60,759 nucleotides of DNA from Acidimicrobiia bacterium (GTDB lineage: Bacteria > Actinomycetota > Acidimicrobiia > Spongiisociales > ZC4RG35): assembly GCA_025937235.1 (NCBI GenBank), contig JAICRU010000006.1, forward strand, positions 1 through 60,759, written 5' to 3'. The number at the start of each line of letters is the position of its first letter. Positions within the stretch are counted from its first letter, which is position 1. Below the pieces are notes generated by a model. That model saw only the letters and a program-made list of their open reading frames with translations. It did no database searches and had not been told where the DNA came from. A program made the translations under genes and the position numbers. Positions 27,626 to 38,046 of this stretch are shown here, piece after piece.

Positions 27626-29157
27626 CCCCGGAGCCAACGATCCTGGTTCTGGACTTCGGGGCGCAGTACGCGCAATTGATCGCCCGGCGGGTCAGGGAGG
27701 GCCATGTCAGGTCCGAGATCGTCCCTCGCGAGGTGACCCCTGAGGAGATCAGGCGGCGTGACCCGGTGGGTCTGATCTTGTCGGGGGGGCCGGCCTCGGT
27801 CTATGCCGACGACGCCTATCGGATGGATCCCGCCATCCTCGAGATGGGGATCCCGGTGCTCGGCATCTGCTACGGCCATCAGCTGCTCGCCGAACTGGCC
27901 GGCGGCAAAGTGACGAACACGGGGAGCGCCGAGTATGGCAACACCGCCCTCGAGGTGACCCGGAGCTCGATGCTGCTCAAGGATCTGCCCCGGGAGCAGC
28001 AGGTCTGGATGTCCCACCAGGACCAGGTGGTCGAGCCGCCCGAAGGCTTCGTGGCCGTCGCCACGACACCGGGCTCCCGGGTGGCGGCGATGGAGGATCG
28101 GGAGCGGGGGCTCTACGGCGTTCAGTTCCATCCCGAGGTCGGCCATACCCCTCGAGGCGACGAGATCTTCAGGAGGTTCCTCTACGACGTCTGTGGTGCG
28201 GCTCCGACCTGGACTTCCCACTCCATCATCGAGTCCCAGGTCGAGGCGATCAGGGCCCAGGTAGGTGAGGGGCGGGTGATCTGTGGCTTGTCCGGCGGAG
28301 TCGACTCCGCAGTCGCGGCGGCCCTCGTCCACGCCGCGGTGGGTGATCGTTTGACCTGCGTCTTCGTGGACCATGGGTTGCTTCGGGCCGGTGAGGCGGA
28401 TCAGGTCGAGGCGACCTTCCGCTCGCATTTCGTGGTCGATCTGGTCCACGTCAAGGCGGGGGACCGTTTTCTCGAGGGTCTCGCCGGAGTGACGGACCCC
28501 GAGGAGAAGCGGAAGGTCATAGGCGAGACCTTCATCCGCGTCTTCGAAGAAGCCGTCGACTCGATCGGAGACGCCCGCTTCCTGGTCCAGGGCACCTTGT
28601 ATCCCGATGTGATCGAGTCCGGCTCGGCCAGCGCCGCCACCATCAAGACCCACCACAACGTGGGCGGTCTCCCTGAAGACATGACATTCGAGCTGGTGGA
28701 GCCGCTTCGCGACCTGTTCAAGGACGAGGTGAGGGCGGTGGGCGAGGAATTGGGGCTGCCCGAGGAGATTGTCTGGCGCCAGCCATTCCCTGGGCCCGGT
28801 CTGGCTGTCCGGATCATCGGGGACGTCACGAGAGAGCGTCTCGAAGTGCTGCGGGCAGCCGACGAGATCGTGACCGAGGAGATCAGGCGGGCCGGCCTCT
28901 ACCGGGAGATCTGGCAGGCCTTCGCAGTGCTTCCATCGGTGAAAACGGTGGGCGTGCAGGGCGACCACCGCACCTACGCGTATCCGCTGGTCGTACGGGC
29001 AGTGACCTCCGAAGACGCCATGACGGCCGACTGGGCTCGCCTCCCCTACGAAGTGCTGGAGCGGATCTCGAATCGTGTCATCAACGAAGTGCCCGGCATC
29101 AACCGCGTCGCCTATGACATCTCGAGCAAGCCTCCTGCCACCATTGAATGGGAGTAG
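27622..29157 (+). CDS. guaA: GMP synthase (glutamine-hydrolysing)
   Basis: [32 protein letters not shown] and KPPATIEWE. Confidence 0.98.
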   Translation: MTPEPTILVLDFGAQYAQLIARRVREGHVRSEIVPREVTPEEIRRRDPVGLILSGGPASVYADDAYRMDPAILEMGIPVLGICYGHQLLAELAGGKVTNTGSAEYGNTALEVTRSSMLLKDLPREQQVWMSHQDQVVEPPEGFVAVATTPGSRVAAMEDRERGLYGVQFHPEVGHTPRGDEIFRRFLYDVCGAAPTWTSHSIIESQVEAIRAQVGEGRVICGLSGGVDSAVAAALVHAAVGDRLTCVFVDHGLLRAGEADQVEATFRSHFVVDLVHVKAGDRFLEGLAGVTDPEEKRKVIGETFIRVFEEAVDSIGDARFLVQGTLYPDVIESGSASAATIKTHHNVGGLPEDMTFELVEPLRDLFKDEVRAVGEELGLPEEIVWRQPFPGPGLAVRIIGDVTRERLEVLRAADEIVTEEIRRAGLYREIWQAFAVLPSVKTVGVQGDHRTYAYPLVVRAVTSEDAMTADWARLPYEVLERISNRVINEVPGINRVAYDISSKPPATIEWE

Positions 29158-29166
29158 CTCTTCAGT

Positions 29167-29279
29167 CGCGCGGCGGCAACCCTGGCCGACCGGCGTCTGT
29201 TCGCCCTGAGGTGTGAGTCGGGAGTTCGATTTGCCGGTCGGGGATTTGATGGTGACCGAAGGGGAATTCGGCCGGCTAT
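29167..29279 (-). repeat. Structured repeat, copy 4 (inverted), between guaA and the cheA-like gene
   Basis: Minus strand reads CCGGCCGAATTC...CACACCTCAGGGCGAACAGACGCCGGTCGGCCAGGGTTGCCGCCGCGCG; 46/49 identical to 13050-13098. Confidence 0.85.
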
Positions 29280-29307
29280 CAGGGCCCGGTTCAGGACAGA
29301 TCGTGGC

Positions 29308-31374
29308 TTGCCGATAACCCCTGACAAGCCGGGAGTCATCCCTTTGGACTTCAACACGCCCGAGTTGACGCGGATCTTCCGCGAAGAGCTGGAAGAGCGT
29401 TCCGGCCATCTCGTCGCGGGCGCAGTCAGCCTCCGGCAGAGGGGGCTGGACGCTGCCCGGATCCAGGATCTGATCCGCGACGCCCACACCATCAAGGGCT
29501 CCGCCGGCCTGCTCGGTTACGAGCAGATCAGAGAGGTCGCCTCGCGGCTCGAGCATCTCTGGAAACAGATCGCCGAGGGATACAGCCCTCCTAGCGAGGT
29601 TGTGGTGGCCATGGAAGCCAGTGCCGGCCGTTTGCTGCCCTCATTGGACGCAGAGGACGCCGAGCTCGCCATCCTCGCCGACAAGCTCATCTCCGTGGAG
29701 CTGGCCGGCGCTCTTGCCGAGGGCCCCGGCTGGCCTCCTCCCGCCGAGGTCATCCCGCTACGGCGACCGGAGCCGGGGAGCCTGGGCGGTCTACTCACAT
29801 CGGTCTCCGATTCGCTCCTCGGTGGGTCGACCCGTGTTGACACCGGCGAGCTGTATCGCCTCATCAATCGCATCGTCGAAGTCTCTCTCGACTCCGAAGC
29901 ATTGGCGGATCTCTCGCTGCTTTCGATCGAGGGCGCCGATCCCGCGCTGTTCCGGAAGTCGTGGCGCCAGCAGCTCGAGAGACTCGCCACCTCTATAGGC
30001 GAGATCCAGAACCAGGCCGTCGCGCTTGCCAACATCCCTTTCCGGGATGCCACCGCTACCTTCCCGCAGTTCGTCCGATATCTGGGCCGTCGAATGGGGA
30101 AGGACGTGAGGTTCGAGCTGATCGGAGACGATGTCCAACTCGATCGTCAGATCGTCGACCTGCTCCGTGAGCCGCTCCGCCATCTGCTGGTCAATGCCGT
30201 CGACCACGGTATCGAGACGCCGGCGGCGCGGGTCGCCGCCGGCAAGCGTGCCACCGGGACGATCAGCGTCGGGGCTGAGATAATCGATGAGAGAGTGGAG
30301 GTGTCGGTGGCCGACGACGGTGCCGGTATCGACTGGGACCGCGTGGCCGAAGTGGCGACGGAGAGGGCGATTCCCTTTGTCTTCTCGGATTTGAGCCCCA
30401 TCCTCTTCCAGGAGGGGTTTACGACGACCGAGGTGACCACCGACTTCTCCGGGGCCGGTGACGGATTGGCGGCCGTGCGGGACACCGTCGAGAAGGTGAA
30501 CGGCGTGGTCCATATCGAGAGCCCGGAGGGGATGGGCACCCGGGTGACGATGACTCTTCCGCTTTCGATGGTCCTCCAGAATGTGGTCGTCGTGGCCACA
30601 GGCGACCAGTTCTGGGGACTGCCCGAGGCATCGATCGAGGCGGCAATGCCGCTGTCCAGGGCCGAGATCACCGCAACCGAGAGTGGTCGGGAGGTCCGGT
30701 TCCAGAGCCGTGAGATCCCGTGTGTCTCCCTGGCCAGGGCGATGGGCGTCGCCCACGCCGGTGACGACTCAGAGCTACTGGTGGTCAACACCAGATTCGG
30801 CCTCGTTGCCATCACCGTCAGCGAGCTGATCGATCGGCGCCGGGTTGCGGTCAAGAACCTCGGTCCGATCCTCGAAGGAGGCGGACAGGTCACCGGAGCG
30901 GCGCTGCTCGGTGGCGGCCAGGTGCTCGTCGTGCTCGATCCCAACTTTCTCGGTCACCTGGCCAGACGACAGCCCAGCTCGGCGACACATCGCCCCCGTA
31001 TCCTGGTGGTGGACGACTCTGCAGGGGTCCGACAGCTCCTCTCGGCGACCCTCAACGGGGCAGGGTTCGACGTGGAGGTGGCGGGGGGCGCCCGAGACGC
31101 TCTCCTCGCCATGAGCCGCGGCGATTTCGAGGCGATGGTGGTCGACTTCTCCATGCCAAGGTCTAACGGCGTCGAGCTGGTTCGGACGATGCGTGCTGCC
31201 GATATCGGCGTGCCGATCGTGATGGTCTCCGGTGTGGCTACCCAGGAAGAGAAGCAGGCGGCCTGGGAGGCCGGCGTGGACGCATATCTGGATAAGTTCG
31301 ATCTGCGGCAGGGAGTGCTGACCACGACACTTCGCCGGATGATCGGAATCGAGGAGGGCGTCGATGCGGGTTGA
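29308..31374 (+). CDS. CheA-like hybrid kinase (Hpt - HATPase - CheW - receiver)
   Basis: Hpt RDAHTIKGSAG, N-box HLLVNAVDHGIE, G1 DDGAGID, GFTT, CheW-like VTGAALLGGG, receiver ILVVDDS...VDFSMP. Confidence 0.88.
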   Translation: MPITPDKPGVIPLDFNTPELTRIFREELEERSGHLVAGAVSLRQRGLDAARIQDLIRDAHTIKGSAGLLGYEQIREVASRLEHLWKQIAEGYSPPSEVVVAMEASAGRLLPSLDAEDAELAILADKLISVELAGALAEGPGWPPPAEVIPLRRPEPGSLGGLLTSVSDSLLGGSTRVDTGELYRLINRIVEVSLDSEALADLSLLSIEGADPALFRKSWRQQLERLATSIGEIQNQAVALANIPFRDATATFPQFVRYLGRRMGKDVRFELIGDDVQLDRQIVDLLREPLRHLLVNAVDHGIETPAARVAAGKRATGTISVGAEIIDERVEVSVADDGAGIDWDRVAEVATERAIPFVFSDLSPILFQEGFTTTEVTTDFSGAGDGLAAVRDTVEKVNGVVHIESPEGMGTRVTMTLPLSMVLQNVVVVATGDQFWGLPEASIEAAMPLSRAEITATESGREVRFQSREIPCVSLARAMGVAHAGDDSELLVVNTRFGLVAITVSELIDRRRVAVKNLGPILEGGGQVTGAALLGGGQVLVVLDPNFLGHLARRQPSSATHRPRILVVDDSAGVRQLLSATLNGAGFDVEVAGGARDALLAMSRGDFEAMVVDFSMPRSNGVELVRTMRAADIGVPIVMVSGVATQEEKQAAWEAGVDAYLDKFDLRQGVLTTTLRRMIGIEEGVDAG

Positions 31375-31427
31375 CCGTGTCTGTGCTCGGGTGGGTTACC
31401 TTTCAGGGAAGCGCGAAGAGACGAGAG

Positions 31428-32336
31428 ATGTCCCAGCTGCCTGATTCGATGAACTGGTTGTTCCTCGCAATGGCCGTGATAGGCGTGATCGGGGTGATCG
31501 GGGCGCTGGCCATCACCCGGGCCGGAAGATGTCGTGAACGGGAGGTGATGCGGCTGTCCGAGGAGGCGCATCGAATCAAAGACGAGTTCGTGGCGATGGT
31601 GAGCCATGAGCTGCGCACTCCCCTGACCTCGATTGCGGGATTCGCCGACACCCTTCTCGAGTCGTGGAGGGACCTCCCCCCCGACGAGGTGGATGAGTTC
31701 CTCGGGATCATCAGTCGTCAGTCCGTGTACCTGGGTGATCTGGTCGAGGATGTCCTGGTGATACCCCGACTCGAGTCCGACCGTCTCCGCTTTCACCCGG
31801 AGTTGTTCGACCTGGGCGACTTGCTCGCCGACGTCTCCAGCATGGTGTTCCCGACCGGGGGGAGGAAGGGCGCCGTTGTGACCGTGCCGGACGGTGTCCG
31901 GGTCCGGGCCGACCGGCGCCGGGTCCAGCAGGTGATCCGAAACCTCATGGAGAACGCCCGGAAGTACGGAGGCGACCAGATCATGGTCGAGGGCTTCGTG
32001 CTCGGCGATCAATACCTCCTGGTCATCTCCGACAACGGGCCCGGGGTGCCCGACGAGGAGACGCAGCGTGTGTTCGAGAACTTCGAACAGGTCTCCAAGG
32101 GCGACAGCCGTGAGTCGACCGGCATAGGGCTTGGCCTGCCGATCGCGAGGCGACTGGCTCGGGCAATGGGAGGCGAGGTGTGGTACGAGCGAAGGTTCCC
32201 CACCGGGGCCCGATTCTGCTTCTCATTGCCACTCCGTCGCAGGGCAGTGGTCGGTGAGGACGATCTGCCCGACCTGCCCGAGGAGGCGGCGACCGCCGAG
32301 GTCGAGGTGAGCGAACACACGGTCGCAGCCGGCTGA
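31428..32336 (+). CDS. Membrane-anchored sensor histidine kinase (HisKA + HATPase)
   Basis: One TM helix, SHELRTPLTSI, NLMENARKY, DNGPG and GIGLGL; start uncertain. Confidence 0.88.
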   Translation: MSQLPDSMNWLFLAMAVIGVIGVIGALAITRAGRCREREVMRLSEEAHRIKDEFVAMVSHELRTPLTSIAGFADTLLESWRDLPPDEVDEFLGIISRQSVYLGDLVEDVLVIPRLESDRLRFHPELFDLGDLLADVSSMVFPTGGRKGAVVTVPDGVRVRADRRRVQQVIRNLMENARKYGGDQIMVEGFVLGDQYLLVISDNGPGVPDEETQRVFENFEQVSKGDSRESTGIGLGLPIARRLARAMGGEVWYERRFPTGARFCFSLPLRRRAVVGEDDLPDLPEEAATAEVEVSEHTVAAG

Positions 32337-32383
32337 TCACACACGTGTGATTCCGCGGCGGTGGCCGGTACCATCCCGCACGG

Positions 32384-34612
32384 ATGCAAGCAGAGTGGTT
32401 CATCGACGACGTTCCGGCCGAGTCTCCTCTCTTCGCCGATCTCAACTCCTCACAACGTGAGGCGGTCGCCGCCACAGAGGGACCGGTGCTCGTCGTGGCC
32501 GGAGCCGGCTCGGGCAAGACGCGCGTTCTCACCTACCGGATCGCACATCTCATCCGCGACCTGAGGGTGCCACCGGACTCGATCCTGGCAATCACCTTCA
32601 CCAACAAGGCCGCGGACGAGATGAGGGCAAGGGTGGCGGCCCTGGTCGGTGGAGCGGTCAGGTCCATGTGGGTCTCGACCTTCCACTCGGCATGTGTTCG
32701 CATCCTGCGCCGGGAGGCATCCCGACTCGGTTACAAGTCGGGCTTCTCGATCTACGACGAGGCGGATTCGCTCCGTCTGATGAATTTGGTGCTCAAGGAT
32801 CTCGACCTCGACCCCAAGCGTTTCCCCCCCAAGGCGATGAGAGCAGTCATCTCCAAGGCGAAGAACGAGCTGGTCGACTACGAGTCGTTCGCCGACCAGG
32901 GCGATGGCTTCTATCACGAGCAGGTCGCCGACGTGTACCGCCTCTATCAGCAGCGTCTGTTGGGCGCTTCGGCGATGGACTTCGACGACCTACTCATGGT
33001 CACGGTGGAGCTGTTCGGCGCCTTCCCCGACGTGCTCGCCACCTATCAGCAGCGTTTTCGTTACGTGCTGGTCGACGAGTACCAGGACACCAACCGCGCC
33101 CAGTACGTACTGGTCAAGCAACTCACCGAGACCCATCGCAACCTGTGCGTGGTAGGGGACTCCGACCAATCGATCTACCGGTTCCGGGGCGCCGACATCC
33201 GGAACATCCGGGAGTTCGAGGTCGACTACCCCGACGCCCGCATCGTCATCCTCGATCAGAACTACCGGTCGACCGAGACGATCCTCGATGCGGCCAACTC
33301 GGTGATAGCCAACAACACCAAGCGAACTCCGAAGAATCTGTGGTCCGACCGAGGCCCGGGAGTCCCAATTGTCCGCTACGAGGCGGAGGACGAGCACGAC
33401 GAGGCCGGGTATGTGGCCGACGAGGTCGAGCGTCTCCAGGGTGAGGGCTTCAACCTGTCCGACGTGGCGGTCTTCTATCGCACCAACGCCATGTCCCGCG
33501 TCGTCGAAGACGTCCTGGTGAGACGGGGTGTGCCCTATACAGTGGTCGGATCGGTCAAGTTCTACGACCGTAAGGAGATCAAGGACGCCATCGCCTATCT
33601 CCGAGCCGTGGTGAACCCCGAAGACGAAGTCTCTTTGAAGCGGATCATCAACGAACCGCGCCGGGGCATCGGCGACACCACGATCGCACACATCGATCGG
33701 TTCAGCCAGGCCCGGAAGATCAGCTTCGCCGAAGGGCTGCGCCAGGCCCGTGAGATCACACAGCTCAACGCCCGAGCCCAGACCGCGATCTCCGAGTTCG
33801 TCGCAATCATGGACAGGCTTCGTGAGGCAACCGAGGAGGAGGGAGTCGAGGCCGCGGTCTCGGCGGTCCTCGCCGACACCGGGATGTTGGCGGCATTGGA
33901 AGCCGAGCAGACGATCGAGGCGATGGGCAGGGTCGAGAACCTTCGTGAGCTGGTAGGCGTCGCCGCCGAGTTCGAGACCTCCAACGAGGGGGCGGTGATC
34001 GGCGATGAGGAATTTGACGCGCTCGACAACCTTCGCCGACTGGAGGTCTTCCTCGAGACCACCGCCCTGGTCGCCGACATCGACGAGTGGGAAGAGGGGG
34101 CCGGGGCGGTGACCCTGATGACGTTGCACACCGCCAAAGGCCTCGAGTTCCCCGCTGTCTTCATCGTCGGGATGGAGGATGGCGTCTTCCCCCATCTGCG
34201 ATCACTCGGTGACCCGGGCGAGCTCGAAGAGGAGCGACGCCTGGCATATGTCGGGATAACCCGAGCCCAGGACCGGCTCTATCTGACCTCGGCCTGGAGT
34301 CGCATGCTGTTCGGTGGCTCGAACTACAACCCCCCTTCCCGATTCCTCACCGAGATCCCCGCAGGCCTTCAAGAGAAGGCCGGGAAACGGGCCCGGCGCA
34401 GCGCCTCGGAGCGGGCGGCCTCCGTTGGCCCGCGTACCACGGTGAGCTCCGGGCAGATCGGTCCCGGGGATCGGGTTCGGCACGACAAGTGGGGTCTCGG
34501 CACGGTGCGGGAGGTGGTCGGGACCGGTGACATGGCCGAGGCTGAGATCATGTTCGACACGCAGGGCAAGAAGCGACTGTTGCTGGCCTGGGCCCCCCTG
34601 GAACCGGCATGA
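32384..34612 (+). CDS. pcrA: ATP-dependent DNA helicase PcrA/UvrD
   Basis: AGAGSGKT, VDEYQDTN, VGDSDQSIY, QNYRST, HTAKGLEF, EERRLAYVGITRA and a C-terminal Tudor-like domain. Confidence 0.96.
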   Translation: MQAEWFIDDVPAESPLFADLNSSQREAVAATEGPVLVVAGAGSGKTRVLTYRIAHLIRDLRVPPDSILAITFTNKAADEMRARVAALVGGAVRSMWVSTFHSACVRILRREASRLGYKSGFSIYDEADSLRLMNLVLKDLDLDPKRFPPKAMRAVISKAKNELVDYESFADQGDGFYHEQVADVYRLYQQRLLGASAMDFDDLLMVTVELFGAFPDVLATYQQRFRYVLVDEYQDTNRAQYVLVKQLTETHRNLCVVGDSDQSIYRFRGADIRNIREFEVDYPDARIVILDQNYRSTETILDAANSVIANNTKRTPKNLWSDRGPGVPIVRYEAEDEHDEAGYVADEVERLQGEGFNLSDVAVFYRTNAMSRVVEDVLVRRGVPYTVVGSVKFYDRKEIKDAIAYLRAVVNPEDEVSLKRIINEPRRGIGDTTIAHIDRFSQARKISFAEGLRQAREITQLNARAQTAISEFVAIMDRLREATEEEGVEAAVSAVLADTGMLAALEAEQTIEAMGRVENLRELVGVAAEFETSNEGAVIGDEEFDALDNLRRLEVFLETTALVADIDEWEEGAGAVTLMTLHTAKGLEFPAVFIVGMEDGVFPHLRSLGDPGELEEERRLAYVGITRAQDRLYLTSAWSRMLFGGSNYNPPSRFLTEIPAGLQEKAGKRARRSASERAASVGPRTTVSSGQIGPGDRVRHDKWGLGTVREVVGTGDMAEAEIMFDTQGKKRLLLAWAPLEPA

Positions 34613-35049
34613 TCGAGGTCGAGGCGACCCTCGAGGAGGGCCCGCGGGGTGGTGCTTTCGTCTCCATCCCACCGGACGGGATCGAGGCTCTCGGTGGTGG
34701 CGGTCGGATCCGGGTCGTCGCCACCTTCGACGGAATCCCCTACCGGGGGAGCATCGTGCGCATGGGCGGTGTGTCGGTCATCGGAGTGCTCAAGGAGATT
34801 CGGGAAGCCCTGGGCAAAGGACCCGGCGACGAGCTGCGTGTGAGCCTCCAACCCGATCTCGAGGAGAGGGTGGTCGAGATCCCTGCGGAGCTGGAGGGAC
34901 TGCTCGAGGCGAACCCCGAGGCACGGAGGGCATTCGACGCCCTGAGCTATACCCATCGCCGGGAACATGCCGGATACGTCGCAGAGGCCCGGAAGGCCGA
35001 GACCAGGCAGCGCCGGGCCACGAAGACGATCGAATCGCTCCTCGGTTGA
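34609..35049 (+). CDS. DUF1905 / YdeI-OmpD-associated family protein
   Basis: VATFDGIPYRGS...IREALGK, then FDALSYTHRRE...ARKAETRQRR. Confidence 0.8.
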   Translation: MIEVEATLEEGPRGGAFVSIPPDGIEALGGGGRIRVVATFDGIPYRGSIVRMGGVSVIGVLKEIREALGKGPGDELRVSLQPDLEERVVEIPAELEGLLEANPEARRAFDALSYTHRREHAGYVAEARKAETRQRRATKTIESLLG

Positions 35050-35087
35050 TACCAGGCGTGATCGCCATCTGCCTCTAATTTGGCGCG

Positions 35088-35414
35088 ATGCTCAGAGGTC
35101 TGTGGAGGACATTTCGGGAGGTCTGGGTCGAGCCCGCCGGCCGAGGGTTGATCCTCCTCGCGGCGGTCATCGTGGCGATCGGAACGGTCTTCTACATGGT
35201 GGTCGAGGGCTGGTCGGTCGTCGACGCCCTCTATTTCACCGTGGTGACTTTGACCACCATCGGGTACGGCGATCTCCATCCAACGACCGACCTGTCGAAG
35301 CTCTTCACCATCTTCTTCGTGTTCGCCGGGGTTTCGTTCATCCTCGGCTTCCTCAATTTCATCGTCGCCCGCACCGTCAGAGACCGTGTGGAGAGAAAAC
35401 GGGGGAGCAACTAG
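35088..35414 (+). CDS. Minimal 2-TM potassium channel (KcsA-like, Ion_trans_2)
   Basis: DALYFTVVTLTTIGYGD selectivity filter between two TM helices. Confidence 0.9.
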   Translation: MLRGLWRTFREVWVEPAGRGLILLAAVIVAIGTVFYMVVEGWSVVDALYFTVVTLTTIGYGDLHPTTDLSKLFTIFFVFAGVSFILGFLNFIVARTVRDRVERKRGSN

Positions 35415-35416
35415 GC

Positions 35417-37330
35417 CTATTGGGTGTCCGAGGCCACGCGGCCAACGGATCCCACCTGGTCCAGCTCCTTGCCCGCCTTTATCCTCGCGGCTCGGTCCAG
35501 CTCCCGGTTGACCAGAGTCTCATGGAGGGCGGCCATCTGCCGCTCGGTCAACGCGGGCAACCCATAGCCGGCCTGGACAAAGGCAGCGGTGTCGGCCCGG
35601 TAGTCGTGCCCGAACGACTTGAACTGCCCGGGAATGGTGACCATCGCGTTCATCGCATCCACGATCACCTGGATGAAGGTGAGGACCGGTGTCCACTTCA
35701 TCGTCTCCGGCACCCCCCGGCCCCGGTGGCCGTCGAGCCATTGCGGTCGTTTCACCGCCATGCGAACCGACATCTGTGAGATCGGGTCGTTGTCGTGGTC
35801 GACCACCACGGCGCGAAGCGTTTCTCTCTCGTCCGGGGTGAGAGCCTGGTACTGCTCGAAGCGGTCGAAGGCTCCAACCGTGCCACGAGGGGTCAGCGGG
35901 TTGCGTCCCTCCCTCATCCCGGTCTTCGACCAGCGGGCCAGGCCGGGGAGGCCGAACCACAGGGCGCGGTGGATGCCGTAGTGATCGAATCCCGAGATGC
36001 CCTGGTGCATGACCACGTCAGAGCTCGACCAGGCTCCCAGACTCTCGCCGAAGACAAGGACCTTTGGCCTCTGGTCCTCGGGCACGGCCAGTAGCCGCTG
36101 CTTGACCCCCCAGAGCAGCTGTCTGAACTGGGCCCTCCCCAAAGAGACACCCTGAAGCTCGAGGAACGATGGCGCCTTGCCGTACTGGATGCAGGCAGTG
36201 GCGATATCGCCCCGGGTCATGATCTCGGCCGATTCGATCATCGTGTGATCCACCCAACCGGTGCCGGTGGGGGACACCAGGAGCAGATAGCTTCGCTGGA
36301 ACGCCCCCAGTCGCTCCATCTCGTCGAGGGCGAGCTCAGACCGGCCGGTGGCATAGACCGGTTCCAGCTCGACGCCGACATACGCCCGGATCGGGTGGGC
36401 GATGGCGGGGACGCCGAGAGTCTGCTCGATCACCGTCGGGGTGACCACCTCAGAGACGAATCTGCGCCCTTGAAGACCCAACTGGGCGTATGGCGAGATG
36501 CTGTTCGGCCCGCCCGACACGTGCTGGTTGCTGGGTGGCGAGGAGAATGCGGGCTCGATGCGGGCGTTCGTCCGTGACAGGCGCCCTACCAGCCCTCGAT
36601 AGAGCGCCACCGTTCCCGCTCCCCACAGCCCGAGGTTCATGGCCCTGCCGATCAGAGCGTGCCCGGCACCCTCTCCCATGTAGCCAACCATGGAGTTCCT
36701 CGAGCTGGCGAAACCGCGTGCCACCGCTCTGCCCGCGTTGGCCACTGCGACGGCGATGCCCACCGAGGCGAAGATGTTCGCCGGCTTGTCCTCCGCGGTC
36801 CATCTCGCCACCAGACCCTGGCCGATCTCGAGCTCCTTGGACCAGCGTGTCATCGCATACCCGAATCCGCCCACACCGGTGACGATGGGCACGATCGGGC
36901 TGTCGATCTTCTTGCCGACGTCGGTGGCGGCCTCGTAGATGATGCCGCCGATGGCCCCCGCTTCGGCGAGCCGTCCCGCGCTGCGCAGGGATGCTTTTGC
37001 CGTGGACTCGCCGTCGTGCTCCGCCATCCGGCTCACCGCCGCCCCACCTGCGGCGATAGCGGCCCGGGCGCCGATGCGCCAGGCGAGGGGCGAGCTGTCT
37101 GGCGCGATCTTTCTCGCCACCAGGTCGATCCCGTTCCCGATGGCACGCGCCGACAAGACGGCGAGACCGCCGGCGACGCCTTGATGCAATGAAGAGCGCG
37201 GCATCAGCGACGGGCCAAACGAATCGAGGGCGGCAGTCGTCTGCAAGGGAGCGGCCGGCCCGCTCGTCACCGGGTTGATCCGGTTGGCGAGCTTCAGCAG
37301 CCAGTCGAGCAAGTTCGAGTTGAGGGCCAT
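35417..37330 (-). CDS. Membrane-associated alpha/beta hydrolase (Abhydrolase_9-like)
   Basis: LGLQGRRFV, PIRAYVG, PTGTGWVD, nucleophile elbow GESLGA, and FGHDY. Confidence 0.82.
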   Translation of the reverse strand: MALNSNLLDWLLKLANRINPVTSGPAAPLQTTAALDSFGPSLMPRSSLHQGVAGGLAVLSARAIGNGIDLVARKIAPDSSPLAWRIGARAAIAAGGAAVSRMAEHDGESTAKASLRSAGRLAEAGAIGGIIYEAATDVGKKIDSPIVPIVTGVGGFGYAMTRWSKELEIGQGLVARWTAEDKPANIFASVGIAVAVANAGRAVARGFASSRNSMVGYMGEGAGHALIGRAMNLGLWGAGTVALYRGLVGRLSRTNARIEPAFSSPPSNQHVSGGPNSISPYAQLGLQGRRFVSEVVTPTVIEQTLGVPAIAHPIRAYVGVELEPVYATGRSELALDEMERLGAFQRSYLLLVSPTGTGWVDHTMIESAEIMTRGDIATACIQYGKAPSFLELQGVSLGRAQFRQLLWGVKQRLLAVPEDQRPKVLVFGESLGAWSSSDVVMHQGISGFDHYGIHRALWFGLPGLARWSKTGMREGRNPLTPRGTVGAFDRFEQYQALTPDERETLRAVVVDHDNDPISQMSVRMAVKRPQWLDGHRGRGVPETMKWTPVLTFIQVIVDAMNAMVTIPGQFKSFGHDYRADTAAFVQAGYGLPALTERQMAALHETLVNRELDRAARIKAGKELDQVGSVGRVASDTQ

Positions 37331-37332
37331 TG

Positions 37333-37977
37333 CTACAAGGTATACGGCTCGCCGGCCCCAGGGTCGTCGATAGTGACCGAGTCGTCGATGGCGCCACCAC
37401 AGATTCTCATCCAAGTGGCCTTCCCCGCGTCGCCTAGGAAGAAATCATGGATGGGTATCGCTCTTTCTGGGCTCACCGCGTTGGTGAAGTCGATCGTCAT
37501 TGCGGCGCTGGCCCAGGGTGCCACCAGGGGGAGTGCCAGGAGGTCGATGTCGGACGGCGTCGCGTCATACGAATCGCCGGGGTGGAAGAGTGAAGGCCCT
37601 CCCTGCTCGCGGAACAGGTATCCGACATTGCCGACCCGGGGGATCCGGGGGTGCAGGACGGCGTGCTCACCGCCGAGCATCTCGACCGAGATGTCGCCCA
37701 GGTCCATCGTCTCTCCGACCCTGGCGGTAACCGGGGAGAGCTCCGAGACCATCCCGGCGACCGCAGTCTCGGTCACGAGCCGGGCCTGGGGGTTGGCGGC
37801 CACCAGTCCCGGCAGGTTGTCGACGTCCGCATGATCGGGATGTTGATGGGTGATCAGGATCGCGTCGAGATCGGTCAACTCCCTCCAGGAGTTGGTGAAT
37901 ATCCCCGGGTCCACCAGGACCCTGGTCGAGGGAGATTCGATGAGGAGGCAGGCGTGGCCATGACGGGTGACGATCAT
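37333..37977 (-). CDS. MBL-fold metallo-hydrolase
   Basis: GHAC, THQHPDH, HPGDS and PIHD. Confidence 0.88.
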   Translation of the reverse strand: MIVTRHGHACLLIESPSTRVLVDPGIFTNSWRELTDLDAILITHQHPDHADVDNLPGLVAANPQARLVTETAVAGMVSELSPVTARVGETMDLGDISVEMLGGEHAVLHPRIPRVGNVGYLFREQGGPSLFHPGDSYDATPSDIDLLALPLVAPWASAAMTIDFTNAVSPERAIPIHDFFLGDAGKATWMRICGGAIDDSVTIDDPGAGEPYTL

Positions 37978-38046
37978 CCCGGGAGTATGCCCGAAGCGGG
38001 CGTTGCCCGTTCCCGCAGCCGAATCACCCATCAGCCCGATCCGGGC

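Noticed and set aside
27055-29556. 833-aa minus-strand ORF
   Set aside because: Antisense shadow of guaB3/guaA with no recognisable motifs; typical of high-GC codon bias.
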